This document shows positions 9,121 through 19,509 of a stretch of 64,000 bases of DNA, piece by piece. The stretch lies in assembly GCA_963705305.1 (NCBI GenBank), contig OY970067.1:4544001-4608000 (forward strand), given 5' to 3'. A model generated the notes under the pieces. That model was not told the origin of the DNA, did not search any database, and saw only the letters and a program-made list of their open reading frames with translations. The position numbers and the translations under genes are program-made. The first letter of the stretch is position 1. The number at the start of each line of letters is the position of its first letter. The DNA comes from an uncultured Methylomirabilota bacterium (lineage in GTDB: Bacteria > Methylomirabilota > Methylomirabilia > Methylomirabilales > 2-02-FULL-66-22).

Positions 9121-11909
9121 GGGCGATGGGCCTCGACGTGGCTCAAGCTCTCCCGCAGCTTGGCCCGCAGCTGGAGCAGCTCCTCCCGGCTGGCCCGCTC
9201 GCGGCTGACCACTGCGGCGGGGGCCTTGCTCAGGAACTCGTCGTTGCCGAGCTTCTTGTTGATCCGCTCCAGACCCTGCTCAGCCTTCTGGAGCTCCCGG
9301 CCCAGTCGTCGCCGCTCCTCCTCCAGATCGATCACTCCCTCCAGGGGAACGTACACCTCGATCCCTTTGACCACGGCGGTGGCGGACAGCGCCGGCTTGA
9401 GGGCCGCTGCCCCGAACTCCAGCGAGGAAAGCCGTCCCAGGGTGATCAGGTAGTCCCGGCAGCCCCGCAGGACCGCGTCCTGGGTCTCCCCCGTCGTGCG
9501 GAGGATCAGCGGCACCCGCTGGGCGGGGGAGATATTGTGGCTGGAGCGGATATTGCGCACCTCCCGGGTGATCTCCATGAAGTAGGTCATGCTCTCCACC
9601 GCGTCGGGGAAGGCACGCGCAGGATCCACCTGGGGCCAGAGTGCCGTCATGATGCTGGCTCCCTGGTGAGGAAGGCGCTGCCAGATCTCCTCCGTGAGGA
9701 AAGGCATGATGGGGTGCAGCAGCCGCAAGGATTGCTCCAGCACATCCACCAGGAGGGTCCGCCCAATGCGCTGGTCCTCCCCATCCTCGGCGGACGCCAG
9801 CCGGTTCTTGACGATCTCGAGATACCAGTCGCAGTACTCGTGCCACAGGAACTGATACAAGAGGTTGGCGGCATCGTTGAAGCGGTAGGCTTCCAGGGAT
9901 TCCGTGACTCCGGCGACCACCTCGTTCAGCCGGCTCAGGATCCAGCGATCGGCCATGGTCAGGGGCAGCCCTGCCGGCTGGCCAGCCACCTCTTCGCCTT
10001 CTTTCAGATGCCCCGCCACAAACCGGTAGGCGTTCCAGATCTTGTTGCAAAAATGGCGGTAGCCCTCGATTCGCTTCACCGACAGCTTCACGTCGCTGCC
10101 TTGGCCCGCCAAAGCCGCCAAGGTGAAGCGCAGCGCATCCGCCCCGAACGCCGGGAACCCCTCGGGGAACTGCCGCCGCATGCTCTCCTGTACCTCGGGC
10201 GAGGCCCCCTCCAGCAGTTCGCCCAGGCTGGCCCCGTTGATCACGTGCAGGGGATCCAGGACATTCCCCCGCGTCTTGGACATCTTCTCGCCCTGCTCGT
10301 CCCGGATCAGGCCGTGAATGACCACGTCCCTGAAGGGAACATCCCCCATGAATCGGAGGCCCATCATGATCATGCGGGCCACCCAGAAGAACAGGATGTC
10401 GAACCCCGTGACCAGGCAGGAGGTCGGATAGTAGACCGCCAGCTCCCGTGTCCGCTCGGGCCAGCCCAGGGTCGAGAACGGCCAAAGCGCCGAGCTGAAC
10501 CAGGTGTCCAGGACGTCGGTTTCCTGCCGCAGACTCGCGCTCCCGCAGCGCGGGCAGGCTGTCGGCGTCGTGCGGGAAACGATGGTTTCCCCGCAGGGGT
10601 CGCAGTACCAGGCGGGGATGCGATGGCCCCACCAGATCTGGCGCGACACGCACCAGTCGCGGATGTTGCGCATCCATTCGAAGTAGGTCTTTTCCCACAG
10701 ACTGGGGACGATCCGGATCCGCCCCGACTCCACCGCCTGGATGGCCGGCTCGGCCAGCGGCTGCATGCGTACGAACCACTGGCGAGACAGGGACGGCTCG
10801 ACCACCGTCTGGCAGCGATAGCAGTGGCCCACGGCGTGCTGATGGTCCTCGACGCGCACCAGGAAGCCGTCGCGCTGGAGATCCTTGACCAGCTGGGTTC
10901 GGCAGGCGAACCGATCCATCCCCTGGTACGGTCCGGCGTTGGCGTTCATCCGGCCGTCTTCGGCGATGACCTTGATCTGCGGCAGATCATGGCGCAGGCC
11001 GCACTCGAAGTCCTTGGGGTCGTGCGCCGGGGTCACCTTGACCAGCCCGGTGCCGAATTCCCGATCCACATAGGCGTCGGCAATGACAGGAATCTCGCGA
11101 TTCATGACCGGCAGCAAGACCTTCCGCCCCACCAATCCGGTGAAGCGCGCGTCGTCGGGATGTACGGCCACGGCCGTATCTCCCAGCATGGTTTCCGGAC
11201 GCGTCGTGGCCACCACCACCTCACCGGCACCCGAGACCAGCGGGTACCGGATGTGCCAGAGCTTGCCCATCCGATCGGAGTACTCCACCTCCAGATCCGA
11301 CAGGGCTGTCTGGCAGCGAGGACACCAGTTGATGATGTAATCCCCCCGGTACATCAGGCCGGCGTCGTACAGCTGGCAGAAGACCTCCTTGACCGCCTCA
11401 GAGAGTCCGGGGTCCAGCGTGAATCGCTGGCGATCCCAATCGCAGGAGGCCCCCAGCGTTCGGAGCTGCCGGATGATGGTCCCCCCGGATTCCTGCTTCC
11501 ACCTCCACACCCGCTCCACGAAGGCTTCACGCCCGAGCTGCTCGCGGGTCAATCCCTCCTGCCGGAGCTGCCGCTCGACCACATTCTGCGTGGCGATGCC
11601 GGCATGGTCCGTGCCCGGCATCCAGAGGGTGTTGTCCCCCCGCATCCGGTGCCAGCGGATGAGGATGTCCTGCAAGGTGTTATTGAGCGCGTGTCCCATG
11701 TGGAGCGAGCCGGTCACGTTGGGGGGCGGAATGACAATGCAATACGGGGGAGACCCGGCGGCCTCATCCGCGTGAAACAGCCGGTGCGCCTCCCAATCCC
11801 GGTACCACCGCTCCTCCACCCCGCGTGGGTCATACCCCTGTTTCCCGGAAAGCTCCGTCTCGGGGCTCGGGGAGCCCTGAACACGGACTGGCTCGCCATG
11901 CTCGGTCAT
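9117..11909 (-). CDS. valS: Valine--tRNA ligase
   Basis: [13 protein letters not shown] (HIGH), [23 protein letters not shown] and C-terminal coiled coil. Confidence 0.99.
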   Translation of the reverse strand: MTEHGEPVRVQGSPSPETELSGKQGYDPRGVEERWYRDWEAHRLFHADEAAGSPPYCIVIPPPNVTGSLHMGHALNNTLQDILIRWHRMRGDNTLWMPGTDHAGIATQNVVERQLRQEGLTREQLGREAFVERVWRWKQESGGTIIRQLRTLGASCDWDRQRFTLDPGLSEAVKEVFCQLYDAGLMYRGDYIINWCPRCQTALSDLEVEYSDRMGKLWHIRYPLVSGAGEVVVATTRPETMLGDTAVAVHPDDARFTGLVGRKVLLPVMNREIPVIADAYVDREFGTGLVKVTPAHDPKDFECGLRHDLPQIKVIAEDGRMNANAGPYQGMDRFACRTQLVKDLQRDGFLVRVEDHQHAVGHCYRCQTVVEPSLSRQWFVRMQPLAEPAIQAVESGRIRIVPSLWEKTYFEWMRNIRDWCVSRQIWWGHRIPAWYCDPCGETIVSRTTPTACPRCGSASLRQETDVLDTWFSSALWPFSTLGWPERTRELAVYYPTSCLVTGFDILFFWVARMIMMGLRFMGDVPFRDVVIHGLIRDEQGEKMSKTRGNVLDPLHVINGASLGELLEGASPEVQESMRRQFPEGFPAFGADALRFTLAALAGQGSDVKLSVKRIEGYRHFCNKIWNAYRFVAGHLKEGEEVAGQPAGLPLTMADRWILSRLNEVVAGVTESLEAYRFNDAANLLYQFLWHEYCDWYLEIVKNRLASAEDGEDQRIGRTLLVDVLEQSLRLLHPIMPFLTEEIWQRLPHQGASIMTALWPQVDPARAFPDAVESMTYFMEITREVRNIRSSHNISPAQRVPLILRTTGETQDAVLRGCRDYLITLGRLSSLEFGAAALKPALSATAVVKGIEVYVPLEGVIDLEEERRRLGRELQKAEQGLERINKKLGNDEFLSKAPAAVVSRERASREELLQLRAKLRESLSHVEAHRP

Positions 11910-12011
11910 GCTGTGCTCCCAAAATGAACGGGGACGCGCCGAACGAGATGCGGCCCGGTCAAGGGCCGCCGGCGCCCCGTTCGATTCATCCCCGGTCGGA
12001 ACGTAATCGCC

Positions 12012-13637
12012 TCAGGATGCCTTCTGATCGTCCGCGATCTGCCGGATGCGCTCGATCTCCCTGGCGATCAATACCTCGGCGAGGTCGGGGACCACCTCCC
12101 AGACGACCCGCTCGATACGCTCCAGCACCCTGTCGGTCAGCTCCTGCTTCAGGTCGCGCGCCACCCGCTCTGTGACGGCTTCCCTGAGCGCGTCCATCTC
12201 CCCGCCCGCCTTCGCCGGTGCAAACGGCGCCGGCTCCGGCGCTGCAGATGCCTCCATCGCCGGGGCCTCGGGCAGCTCGGCCCGGGCCGGTGCCGGCTCC
12301 GGCAGCGTCACCCCCTCCGCAGGCGGAGCCGGGGCCGCCAGATCGAGGGATGGAGCGGCCTCGACGGCATCGGAAAGCCTCAACTCGACCGGAATCGCTT
12401 CCAGCCCCTCCACAGCAATCGCATCCTGCTCCACTTCCGGCTCGGCCGCGGCGGACGGCTTCTCGGGCGCCGCTTCCCGGCTGGCGGCCTCCAGGGGAGA
12501 CTCCAGCTCCAGCTCGCCCAAAATCGATGCGGCCTCCCCGGTCGGAGCGGCGACCGCCTCCGGAGCGGACGTCAGATCTTCGATGGAAAAGGCCGGGGAC
12601 TCGGGCTGTCCGACCGGGACCATCGACAACGGCGGCGTCTCCTCATCCAGGGCAAGCTCGAAGACCGCCCCCGCCTCCCCCCCGGCCGGGGACATCGGCT
12701 CCTCCGGGGAGACGACCGGTGCGCTCTCTACGCCCGCGGCCAGCAGATCATCCAAGGAGAGGCTCTCTGGCACCCCGAGGTTGCTCGGCTCCGCCGGTGA
12801 CGGGGTCTCTGAGGGCACCAGGTCGAGCTCCAGAGACTCCGGCTGTGCCGCAACCGATTCGGTCGACACCAGGTCGTCGGTCCGCCTTTCCGGTCCGCCC
12901 GGCGCGACCGCAGCCTCCGCGGGGGACGGCTCCAACTCGAGCACGAGCTCCTCCGCGGGGGATGTCTCAACTCGGACGGCAGGCGCGCTTCGGTTTGTCT
13001 CGGCCGCCGGTGATTCCAGCCGGGGCTCGGCAGATGGCAGGCCGAGATCGAGCGTGCTCACCTCCGGCGCCGGGGACTTGACGGCCGGAGCCGCAGGCGG
13101 CGCGGCGGCGACGCCGGGGAGCGTCGAGGCCGGCGGAGAGTCCAGCAGCTGCCAGAGCTGATCCTGCGAGATCTCTTCCGTGGGGGGGGAGAGGGTGAAC
13201 GAAGAGGCTGCGGCCGCGGCAGCTCCCCGGGACGCCGCGGCATCTGCCGCCGGCGTGCCCTCCACCGTCCTGGCGAACAGCAACTGCTTAACCTTGCTGA
13301 TCAGCACCTGCGACTCGAACGGCTTGGTTACGTAATCCGTCGCACCCGAGTGGACCGCGCGCTCTCGGTCGAAGGACTCGAAGGTTCCCACCAGGAGGAC
13401 GATGGGAACCGCTCGCTGACCGAGCTCCTCGCGAATGGCCCGACACACCTCGTAGCCATTCTTGTCGGGCATGACCAGATCCAGCAGGATGAGGTCCGGC
13501 CGCTCTTCTCTGGCCCGGCGGATTGCTTCCTCGCCGCTCCGCGCCTGAACGAGGACGAAATTCTCCTTGTTGAAGGTGAGCTCGACCACCTTTTGGATCG
13601 TCACGCTGTCATCCGCGACCAGGATTCGAGCGCTCAT
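12012..13637 (-). CDS. romR: RomR-like response regulator (receiver, long acidic Pro/Ala linker, RomR C-terminal helix domain)
   Basis: N-terminal ILVADDSVTIQKVVELTF...LILLDLVMPDKNGYE; low-complexity linker; C-terminal IERVVWEVVPDLAEVLIAREIERI; directly upstream of valS. Confidence 0.82.
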   Translation of the reverse strand: MSARILVADDSVTIQKVVELTFNKENFVLVQARSGEEAIRRAREERPDLILLDLVMPDKNGYEVCRAIREELGQRAVPIVLLVGTFESFDRERAVHSGATDYVTKPFESQVLISKVKQLLFARTVEGTPAADAAASRGAAAAAASSFTLSPPTEEISQDQLWQLLDSPPASTLPGVAAAPPAAPAVKSPAPEVSTLDLGLPSAEPRLESPAAETNRSAPAVRVETSPAEELVLELEPSPAEAAVAPGGPERRTDDLVSTESVAAQPESLELDLVPSETPSPAEPSNLGVPESLSLDDLLAAGVESAPVVSPEEPMSPAGGEAGAVFELALDEETPPLSMVPVGQPESPAFSIEDLTSAPEAVAAPTGEAASILGELELESPLEAASREAAPEKPSAAAEPEVEQDAIAVEGLEAIPVELRLSDAVEAAPSLDLAAPAPPAEGVTLPEPAPARAELPEAPAMEASAAPEPAPFAPAKAGGEMDALREAVTERVARDLKQELTDRVLERIERVVWEVVPDLAEVLIAREIERIRQIADDQKAS

Positions 13638-13794
13638 CGGATCCTCCCGGGCCCGTCCGACCCGCCTCCTCGTGCTGGCGGCCCGGCCTTCGGCCAGAAT
13701 GTCCCGCGTGCTCCCGCCTCTCGAACCGGACCGCCGCTCCGCCCGCCTTCTCCAGAGCCCGCCCGGTCGTACCGCGGGTCCGCCCGGCCCTCGC

Positions 13795-14280
13795 CTACAC
13801 CAGCAGCCTGATCGGCTCCGTCGACGCCAGCAGCCTTGCCAGATCCACCCATACGATGGCGCGGCCACCGGAATTGGCCACCCCACGGATGAACTCCGCC
13901 CGCAGACCGAATACCTTCGGTGGAGGGGACAGCACGGACTCGGCCGGGAGGGTCATGACTTGGTGAACGCCGTCCACCACCAGGCACACACCCGGCTCGT
14001 GTCCGACCCCCTTGACGACCAAGACGGCGGGGTGTGCCGGCCCCACGTCCGCCAGCCCAAACCGCTTCCGCAGGCTGACCACCGGAAGGAAGAGACCCCG
14101 GTGCTCCATCACCCCGTCCACGTACGGAGGTCGTCGGGGGGTCCGGGTCGGCCGGCAATAATCAACGATCTGGACCATGTGCTCCAGGTCCAGGGCAAAA
14201 AGTCTCCCCGCCACCTGGAAGATCAGGACGGACGCCTGCTTCGCGCTCTGAGGCCTGCGGTTGGAAGCCGCCTGCGTCAT
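13795..14280 (-). CDS. CheW-like domain protein
   Basis: VLIFQVAGRLFALDL, PPYVDGVMEHRGLFLPVVSLRKRFGL, CLVVDGVHQV. Confidence 0.85.
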   Translation of the reverse strand: MTQAASNRRPQSAKQASVLIFQVAGRLFALDLEHMVQIVDYCRPTRTPRRPPYVDGVMEHRGLFLPVVSLRKRFGLADVGPAHPAVLVVKGVGHEPGVCLVVDGVHQVMTLPAESVLSPPPKVFGLRAEFIRGVANSGGRAIVWVDLARLLASTEPIRLLV

Positions 14281-14819
14281 GGTTGCCGATCGATCGCCTC
14301 GCCGGAGGCATCCGACTGCTCGGGAAACCGCGCGACCTCGTCCATGCCCCCGAATCCGTCCTCGGAAAGCAGGAGGACGGCGCCGCCCCGGTGGCTGAAG
14401 ACTCCTCGGAACAGTGTGAGACTCAACTGGGTCGCCAGCGCCGGCACTGGCGCGATCCGCGGCGGGTCCACCTCATCGACACCCAGCACCTCTTCCACCA
14501 GAAGGCCCATGGCCCTCCCCTGGCCCCGAATCAACAGAACCCGCGCTGTGGCCGGCACTTGGTCGGAGGGAGTCCCGAAAAGCTCGCTCACCCGAATCAA
14601 CGGCAGCCTGTCCCCACGATATGCCAGCGAGGTGCAGAACTGGTACGATGGGGTGGGGAGCATGGTCACCCCCTCCGGCATCAAAACCTCCCACAGGCCT
14701 CGCAGCCCGATGCCGTAGGTCTCCTCACCCACCCGAAACAGCAGAACCTGCTCTCCGCCCTTCGTCGATTTCGGCGACCGGTTCTGGACCCGCCGCTTCG
14801 CCAGCGATAGAGGCGCCAC
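14277..14819 (-). CDS. CheW-like domain protein
   Basis: VLLFRVGEETYGIGL, YRGDRLPLIRV, GLLVEEVLGV. GTG start chosen from a purine-rich RBS downstream of the promoter. Confidence 0.8.
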   Translation of the reverse strand: MAPLSLAKRRVQNRSPKSTKGGEQVLLFRVGEETYGIGLRGLWEVLMPEGVTMLPTPSYQFCTSLAYRGDRLPLIRVSELFGTPSDQVPATARVLLIRGQGRAMGLLVEEVLGVDEVDPPRIAPVPALATQLSLTLFRGVFSHRGGAVLLLSEDGFGGMDEVARFPEQSDASGEAIDRQP

Positions 14820-14868
14820 GCCCCCCCTCCCGTGCGCTCGTTCGTGCTTCAAGACCGCGCGTGGCGTC

Positions 14869-14897
14869 ACAATACCGAGCAGCCTCCGCATTGTCAA
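14869..14897 (-). promoter_or_regulatory. sigma70-type promoter of the cheW-cheW-romR unit
   Basis: TTGACA-N17-TATTGT on the minus strand. Confidence 0.65.
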
Positions 14898-15256
14898 GCC
14901 ATTTCCCTGCCGATAAGCCTGCATGAAACCTCGTAACTACTCACAGGCACAGGCTGCGCGGCCTCAATGCATTTGTCGGACCATTCAGTCTCCTCGATCC
15001 GCCAGTCTGCCCCTCCCTTTTTTTCGGACAGATGCCTCCTGGAAGGCCTCATCCGGCGGCCCGGCGTACTTGCGGCTAATCCGGGCGCGGGCCGCATTCA
15101 GCTCACAAGAGCGCCCAGGCCTGCCAATCGCTCGATGGTGAGAGCCAGGATGATGAGGCGGATTTCCAGCGTGGAGGCTGCGGCGATGGCCAGCTGACCG
15201 CCCTCGAACTGGAGGCAGTCGAGTCTCATCGCGCGCGCCGGGCGCAGACTTTGTCG

Positions 15257-15285
15257 TTGACTTTTACCCCCGCCCTGGATAGGGT
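15257..15285 (+). promoter_or_regulatory. sigma70-type promoter of ilvE
   Basis: TTGACT-N17-TAGGGT. Confidence 0.5.
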
Positions 15286-15321
15286 GAGGACGAAGGGACA
15301 TTCGGGCCGATTACAAGGGAG

Positions 15322-16239
15322 ATGCCCATGCAGACTGTCTATTTTCACAACCAGTTCGTGCCCCTCGCCGATGCCAAGGTGAGCATCCGGACGAATGCCC
15401 TGCAGTACGGCACGGGCGTGTTCGAGGGCATCCGCGCGTATTGGAACGCCGGGGAGTCGCAGCTGTTCGTCTTCAAGCTTCCCGAGCACTATGAGCGCAT
15501 GCTCAACAACTGCCGGGTCTTGCGGCTGAAGGTCCCGCACAACGTCAAGGAGCTCTGCGCCATCACGGTGGATCTCTTGCGCCGCAATCAGCCTAAAGAG
15601 GACACCTACATCCGCCCCATCGCCTACATCAGCTCCGAGGGCATCGGGCCCAAGCTGATCGGCTACGAAACCGGATTTGCCATATACACTCTCCCCCTCG
15701 GGGAGTACATCGATACCTCCCGGGGCATCAAGGTCGGCTGCTCCTCGTGGCGGCGCATCAGCGACAACACCATCCCCGCCCGCTGCAAAGTGACCGGCGG
15801 CTATGTGAATTCGGCCCTGGCCAAGACCGAGGCCCTGGACCAGGGCTTGGACGAGGCCGTCTTTCTCACCCAGGACGGATTCGTGTCCGAAGGCTCTGCG
15901 GAAAATCTTTTTCTGGTGCGAAACGGGAGCTTGGTGACGCCGGATTTGTCCCAAGACATTCTGGAGGGTATCACCCGCGACGTTTTGCTGACGCTCTGCC
16001 GGGAGGAGCTCGGGCTGACCGTCAGCGAGCGTCTGGTGGGACGCACAGAGCTATACGTGGCGGAAGAACTCTTTTTGTGCGGGACCGGCGCCCAGATCTC
16101 GCCGGTCGTCGAGGTAGACCGCCGGCCGGTCGGCAGCGGTCGCATCGGCCCCATCACGGCCCGCATCCAGCAGCTCTACTTCGAGGTCGTCAAGGGGCGC
16201 CACCCCAAGTACCGCCACTGGTGCACGCCCGTCTACTGA
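15322..16239 (+). CDS. ilvE: Branched-chain amino acid aminotransferase
   Basis: LQYGTGVFEGIRAY, YIRP, PLP lysine in CKVTGGYVNS, EGSAEN, LEGITR. Confidence 0.96.
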   Translation: MPMQTVYFHNQFVPLADAKVSIRTNALQYGTGVFEGIRAYWNAGESQLFVFKLPEHYERMLNNCRVLRLKVPHNVKELCAITVDLLRRNQPKEDTYIRPIAYISSEGIGPKLIGYETGFAIYTLPLGEYIDTSRGIKVGCSSWRRISDNTIPARCKVTGGYVNSALAKTEALDQGLDEAVFLTQDGFVSEGSAENLFLVRNGSLVTPDLSQDILEGITRDVLLTLCREELGLTVSERLVGRTELYVAEELFLCGTGAQISPVVEVDRRPVGSGRIGPITARIQQLYFEVVKGRHPKYRHWCTPVY

Positions 16240-16274
16240 CGACCCAGATACCACGGCACCCGACCCTTAACCTG

Positions 16275-16306
16275 CCACGCGGCCCGGGAATTCCCGGGCC
16301 GCGTGG
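16275..16306. terminator. Perfect 32-bp palindrome between convergent genes (likely bidirectional terminator)
   Basis: CCACGCGGCCCGGGAA-TTCCCGGGCCGCGTGG. Confidence 0.6.
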
Positions 16307-16344
16307 TCAATCGGGCCGTCGTCGCGCTCCTGCCGGGCCGCCCG

Positions 16345-16617
16345 CTACCAGATCCTGGACGGCACCTCCCCTTGCCCCTTCACCAGGATATCCACAACCG
16401 CCAGATCGAAATAATCGACCTCGGCCGCCACCGCGGCATCCACGTTCTTCTCGTAGTAGCGGCGTCCCTCCTGCAGCTCTTTCTCCAGGAGCTCGAAGAG
16501 GGTGTCGTTTTTCACCCCTTCCGCAATCTTCTCTTTATTGTAGAGCGCGATCTCCCCCACGATCAGTCGGGCCAAACGCTGCGCGCGTGCATGCGGGCTG
16601 TTCCGTTCATTGGCCAT
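16345..16617 (-). CDS. romX: RomX-like small protein
   Basis: ARAQRLARLIVGEIALYNKEKI...LFELLEKELQEGR.YY...DILVK...SRIW resembles Myxococcus RomX as recalled, including the C-terminal IW. Confidence 0.78.
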   Translation of the reverse strand: MANERNSPHARAQRLARLIVGEIALYNKEKIAEGVKNDTLFELLEKELQEGRRYYEKNVDAAVAAEVDYFDLAVVDILVKGQGEVPSRIW

Positions 16618-16686
16618 GAGTGCCTTCCTGCCGATACCGCGGTAGCCTGGTGCCGATGATGGCGAGAGCCAGCGGAAACGCCATGC

Positions 16687-18081
16687 CTACTGCTCGAACA
16701 GTGTGAGCTGCGTCTGATCCTCTGTCGGGAAGGGAACCGGGTACAACAAGCTGAAACAGGCATGGCAAAAGCCCGTCTCCTTGCCGACGGATTTGAGCAA
16801 ACCCTGCAGCGTCAGATAGCCGAGGCTATCCGCCCGGATGTAGCGACAGATCTCATCCACGGCGTGGCTGGAGGCAATGAGCTCTCGTCGGGTCGGGGTG
16901 TCGATGCCGTAGTAGCACGGCGAGAGGGTTGGCGGCGAGCTGATGCGCATGTGAACCTCGCGCGCCCCGGCGCTGCGCACCATGGTCACGATCTTTCGGC
17001 TGGTGGTGCCGCGGACGATCGAGTCGTCCACAACCACCACCCGCTTTCCCTCCAGGATTTCGCGCACCGGGTTCAATTTGATCTTGACCCCGAAGTGCCG
17101 GATGTTCTGCTTGGGCTCGATGAAGGTCCGCCCGACATAGTGATTGCGAATCAACCCATGGTCGAACGGGAGACTCGATTCCTCGGCGAATCCCAGGGCG
17201 GCAGGCACCCCCGAGTCCGGTACGGGGATCACCAGATCGGCCTCGGCCGGTGCTTCCTGAGCCAGTCGACGTCCCAACGCCCTGCGAACCGTGGCAACAT
17301 TCTGCCCGAACAGCAGGCTGTCCGGCCGGGCGAAATAGATGTATTCGAAGATGCACTGAGCCGGCGGGCTGGGAGGCATGGGAAAGTAGGATTTCATTCC
17401 CCGGGGGGTGATGTGGAGAAACTCGCCGGGCTCCAGGTCGCGGACAAATGTGGCGTCGATGAGATCGAAGGCGCAGCTCTCCGAGGCCAAGACCCACGCA
17501 TCCCCCAACCGGCCCAGCGACAGGGGGCGGAACCCGCGCGGATCACGAATCCCCAGGAGTTCGGTTTCGTTCATGATGACCAGGGAGTAGGCGCCGCTGA
17601 CCCGGCCCAGGGCCTCGGCCGCGGCCTCAACCAGGTCATCGCTCCGCGAGCGCGCGATCAGATGGACGACTACTTCGCTGTCGGTGCTGGAGCTGAAGAT
17701 GGATCCTTGGCCCTCCAACTCCGTCTTCAGCGACTGGGCGTTGACCAGGTTCCCGTTGTGTGCCAGGGCCACCGTCCCGTGCCGGTAGCTGGCCACGATC
17801 GGCTGGGCGTTCTTGAGGTGGGAGCTTCCGGTCGTCGAGTATCGCACATGGCCGATGGCGAGATCCCCCTGCAAACGTCGGAGTCGCGCCTCCGAGAAGA
17901 CATCCGCCACCAGTCCCATAGCCTTTTCCAGGTGGACGCTCCGCCCGTCGGAGGCCACGATGCCCGCGCTCTCCTGACCGCGGTGCTGAAGGGCATACAG
18001 CCCGAGGTAGGTCAGGTTCGCCGCCTCCGGAGAGCCCAGAATCCCGAAGATCCCGCACGCGTCGTGGAACCTATCCGCCAT
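16687..18081 (-). CDS. purF: Amidophosphoribosyltransferase
   Basis: Propeptide then [33 protein letters not shown]. Confidence 0.99.
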   Translation of the reverse strand: MADRFHDACGIFGILGSPEAANLTYLGLYALQHRGQESAGIVASDGRSVHLEKAMGLVADVFSEARLRRLQGDLAIGHVRYSTTGSSHLKNAQPIVASYRHGTVALAHNGNLVNAQSLKTELEGQGSIFSSSTDSEVVVHLIARSRSDDLVEAAAEALGRVSGAYSLVIMNETELLGIRDPRGFRPLSLGRLGDAWVLASESCAFDLIDATFVRDLEPGEFLHITPRGMKSYFPMPPSPPAQCIFEYIYFARPDSLLFGQNVATVRRALGRRLAQEAPAEADLVIPVPDSGVPAALGFAEESSLPFDHGLIRNHYVGRTFIEPKQNIRHFGVKIKLNPVREILEGKRVVVVDDSIVRGTTSRKIVTMVRSAGAREVHMRISSPPTLSPCYYGIDTPTRRELIASSHAVDEICRYIRADSLGYLTLQGLLKSVGKETGFCHACFSLLYPVPFPTEDQTQLTLFEQ

Positions 18082-18118
18082 CTTCCGCCCCCATCCTCAC
18101 CATCTCTCGGGATGGAAT

Positions 18119-18268
18119 TCACAACCGACAACCGACCTGTGAAATTCAAAACCGACAACGGACACTTGCACACCGTTCAACATGCGCCCCGGCCCCCGCC
18201 CCTCGTCGTCGGTTTACCATTTTCCATTGTCGGTTCTCAGTTTTCAATTGTCAGTTTTGAGTTTTCCG
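18119..18268. repeat. Degenerate heptamer tandem repeats in inverted arrangement
   Basis: acaaccg/acaacgg units at ~18121-18165, opposite ccatttt-ccattgt-cggttct-cagtttt-caattgt-cagtttt-gagtttt at ~18217-18265. Confidence 0.7.
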
Positions 18269-19441
18269 ATGCCCTTCCAGCACCCGCTTGATCCCCTGGA
18301 TGGCTTGTCGCGTGCGGTGCTCGTTCTCCACCAGGGCGAAGCGGACGTACTCGTCCCCGTGCTGCCCGAAGCCGATGCCGGGCGAGACCGCCACCTTGGC
18401 CTGCTCCAGGAGGCACTTGCTGAACTCCAGCGAGCCCATCATGCGGAACTGATCCGGTATCCTGGCCCAGACGAACATCGTGCCGCGAGGCTTCTCGATC
18501 TTCCACCCCACCCGGCTGAGGCCGTCGCAGAGCACGTCGCGCCGGGAGGCATACGTCCGGACGATCTCCGCCACGCACTCTTGCGGGCCGTTCAGGGCAA
18601 TGATGGAGGCGACTTGGATCGGCTGAAACATGCCGTAGTCCAGATAGCTCTTGATGCGGGTCAAGGCGGCGATGATCCGCGGATTTCCCACGGCGAAGCC
18701 GACTCGCCAGCCGGGCATGTTATAGCTCTTGGAGAGGGTGAAAAACTCCACCCCTACCTCTTTGGCCCCCGGTGCCTGCAGGAAGCTGGGCGCCCGGTAG
18801 CCATCGAAGGCCAGGTCGGCGTACGCAAAATCGTGGACCACGATGAGGTCGTGCTCCTGCGCAAAGGCCACGATCTCCTTGAAGAACTCCAGATCCACCA
18901 CCGTGGTGGTGGGGTTGTGGGGGAAGCTCAGGATCAAGAGCTTGGGCTGCGGCCAGGACTCGTGGAAAGCCGCCAGGAGGTTGGCGGAGAAGTCCTCGCC
19001 GGGCCCCAGCCGGACGTGGCGAACGTCGCCACCCGCGATGATGACGGAATAGGCGTGGATCGGATAGGTGGGGTTGGGCACGAGGGCTACATCACCGGGC
19101 TCGACGACGGCGAGGGCCAGGTGGGCCAATCCTTCTTTGGCTCCGATAGTGGCGATGGCCTCCGTCTCCGGATCCAATTCCACCCCGTATCGGCGCCGAT
19201 ACCAGTCGCCAATGGCATGCCGGAGCTTGGTGATCCCGCGCGAAGCCGAGTAGCGATGATTGCGGGGGTTCCTCGCCGCCTCGCAGAGCTTGTCCACGAT
19301 GTGGGGGGGAGTGGCCAGGTCGGGATTCCCCATGCCGAAGTCGATGATGTCCTCGCCCCGGCCGCGCGCCTTGACCTTGAGGTCATTGACGATGGCAAAG
19401 ACGTACGGCGGAAGCCGCTTGATCCGCTTGAACTCTTCCAT
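18251..19441 (-). CDS. alaC: PLP-dependent class I/II aminotransferase (AlaC/YfdZ-like)
   Basis: [52 protein letters not shown]. Confidence 0.85.
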   Translation of the reverse strand: MEEFKRIKRLPPYVFAIVNDLKVKARGRGEDIIDFGMGNPDLATPPHIVDKLCEAARNPRNHRYSASRGITKLRHAIGDWYRRRYGVELDPETEAIATIGAKEGLAHLALAVVEPGDVALVPNPTYPIHAYSVIIAGGDVRHVRLGPGEDFSANLLAAFHESWPQPKLLILSFPHNPTTTVVDLEFFKEIVAFAQEHDLIVVHDFAYADLAFDGYRAPSFLQAPGAKEVGVEFFTLSKSYNMPGWRVGFAVGNPRIIAALTRIKSYLDYGMFQPIQVASIIALNGPQECVAEIVRTYASRRDVLCDGLSRVGWKIEKPRGTMFVWARIPDQFRMMGSLEFSKCLLEQAKVAVSPGIGFGQHGDEYVRFALVENEHRTRQAIQGIKRVLEGHRKTQN

Positions 19442-19509
19442 GCTCCTCCCACCCCACTGAACAGCCGCCAATCACCTCGACGACTGGATGGGCGGCGAAC
19501 TCCTCTATT

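Noticed and set aside
8970..11927. 985-aa plus-strand ORF, and similar long antisense ORFs (19561-22032, 35188-37230, 38238-42020)
   Set aside because: Antisense shadows of clear genes (valS, lpdA/lipA, lysC, TPR protein), expected in high-GC DNA; no recognisable motifs.
11925..11985. Hairpin between romR and valS as a possible T-box leader
   Set aside because: The region is about 100 nt with no T-box consensus; it is probably an ordinary stem-loop.
15098..15229. 43-aa hydrophobic minus-strand ORF (MRLDCLQ...)
   Set aside because: No convincing RBS or motif, and it lies in a divergent promoter region; cannot be supported.
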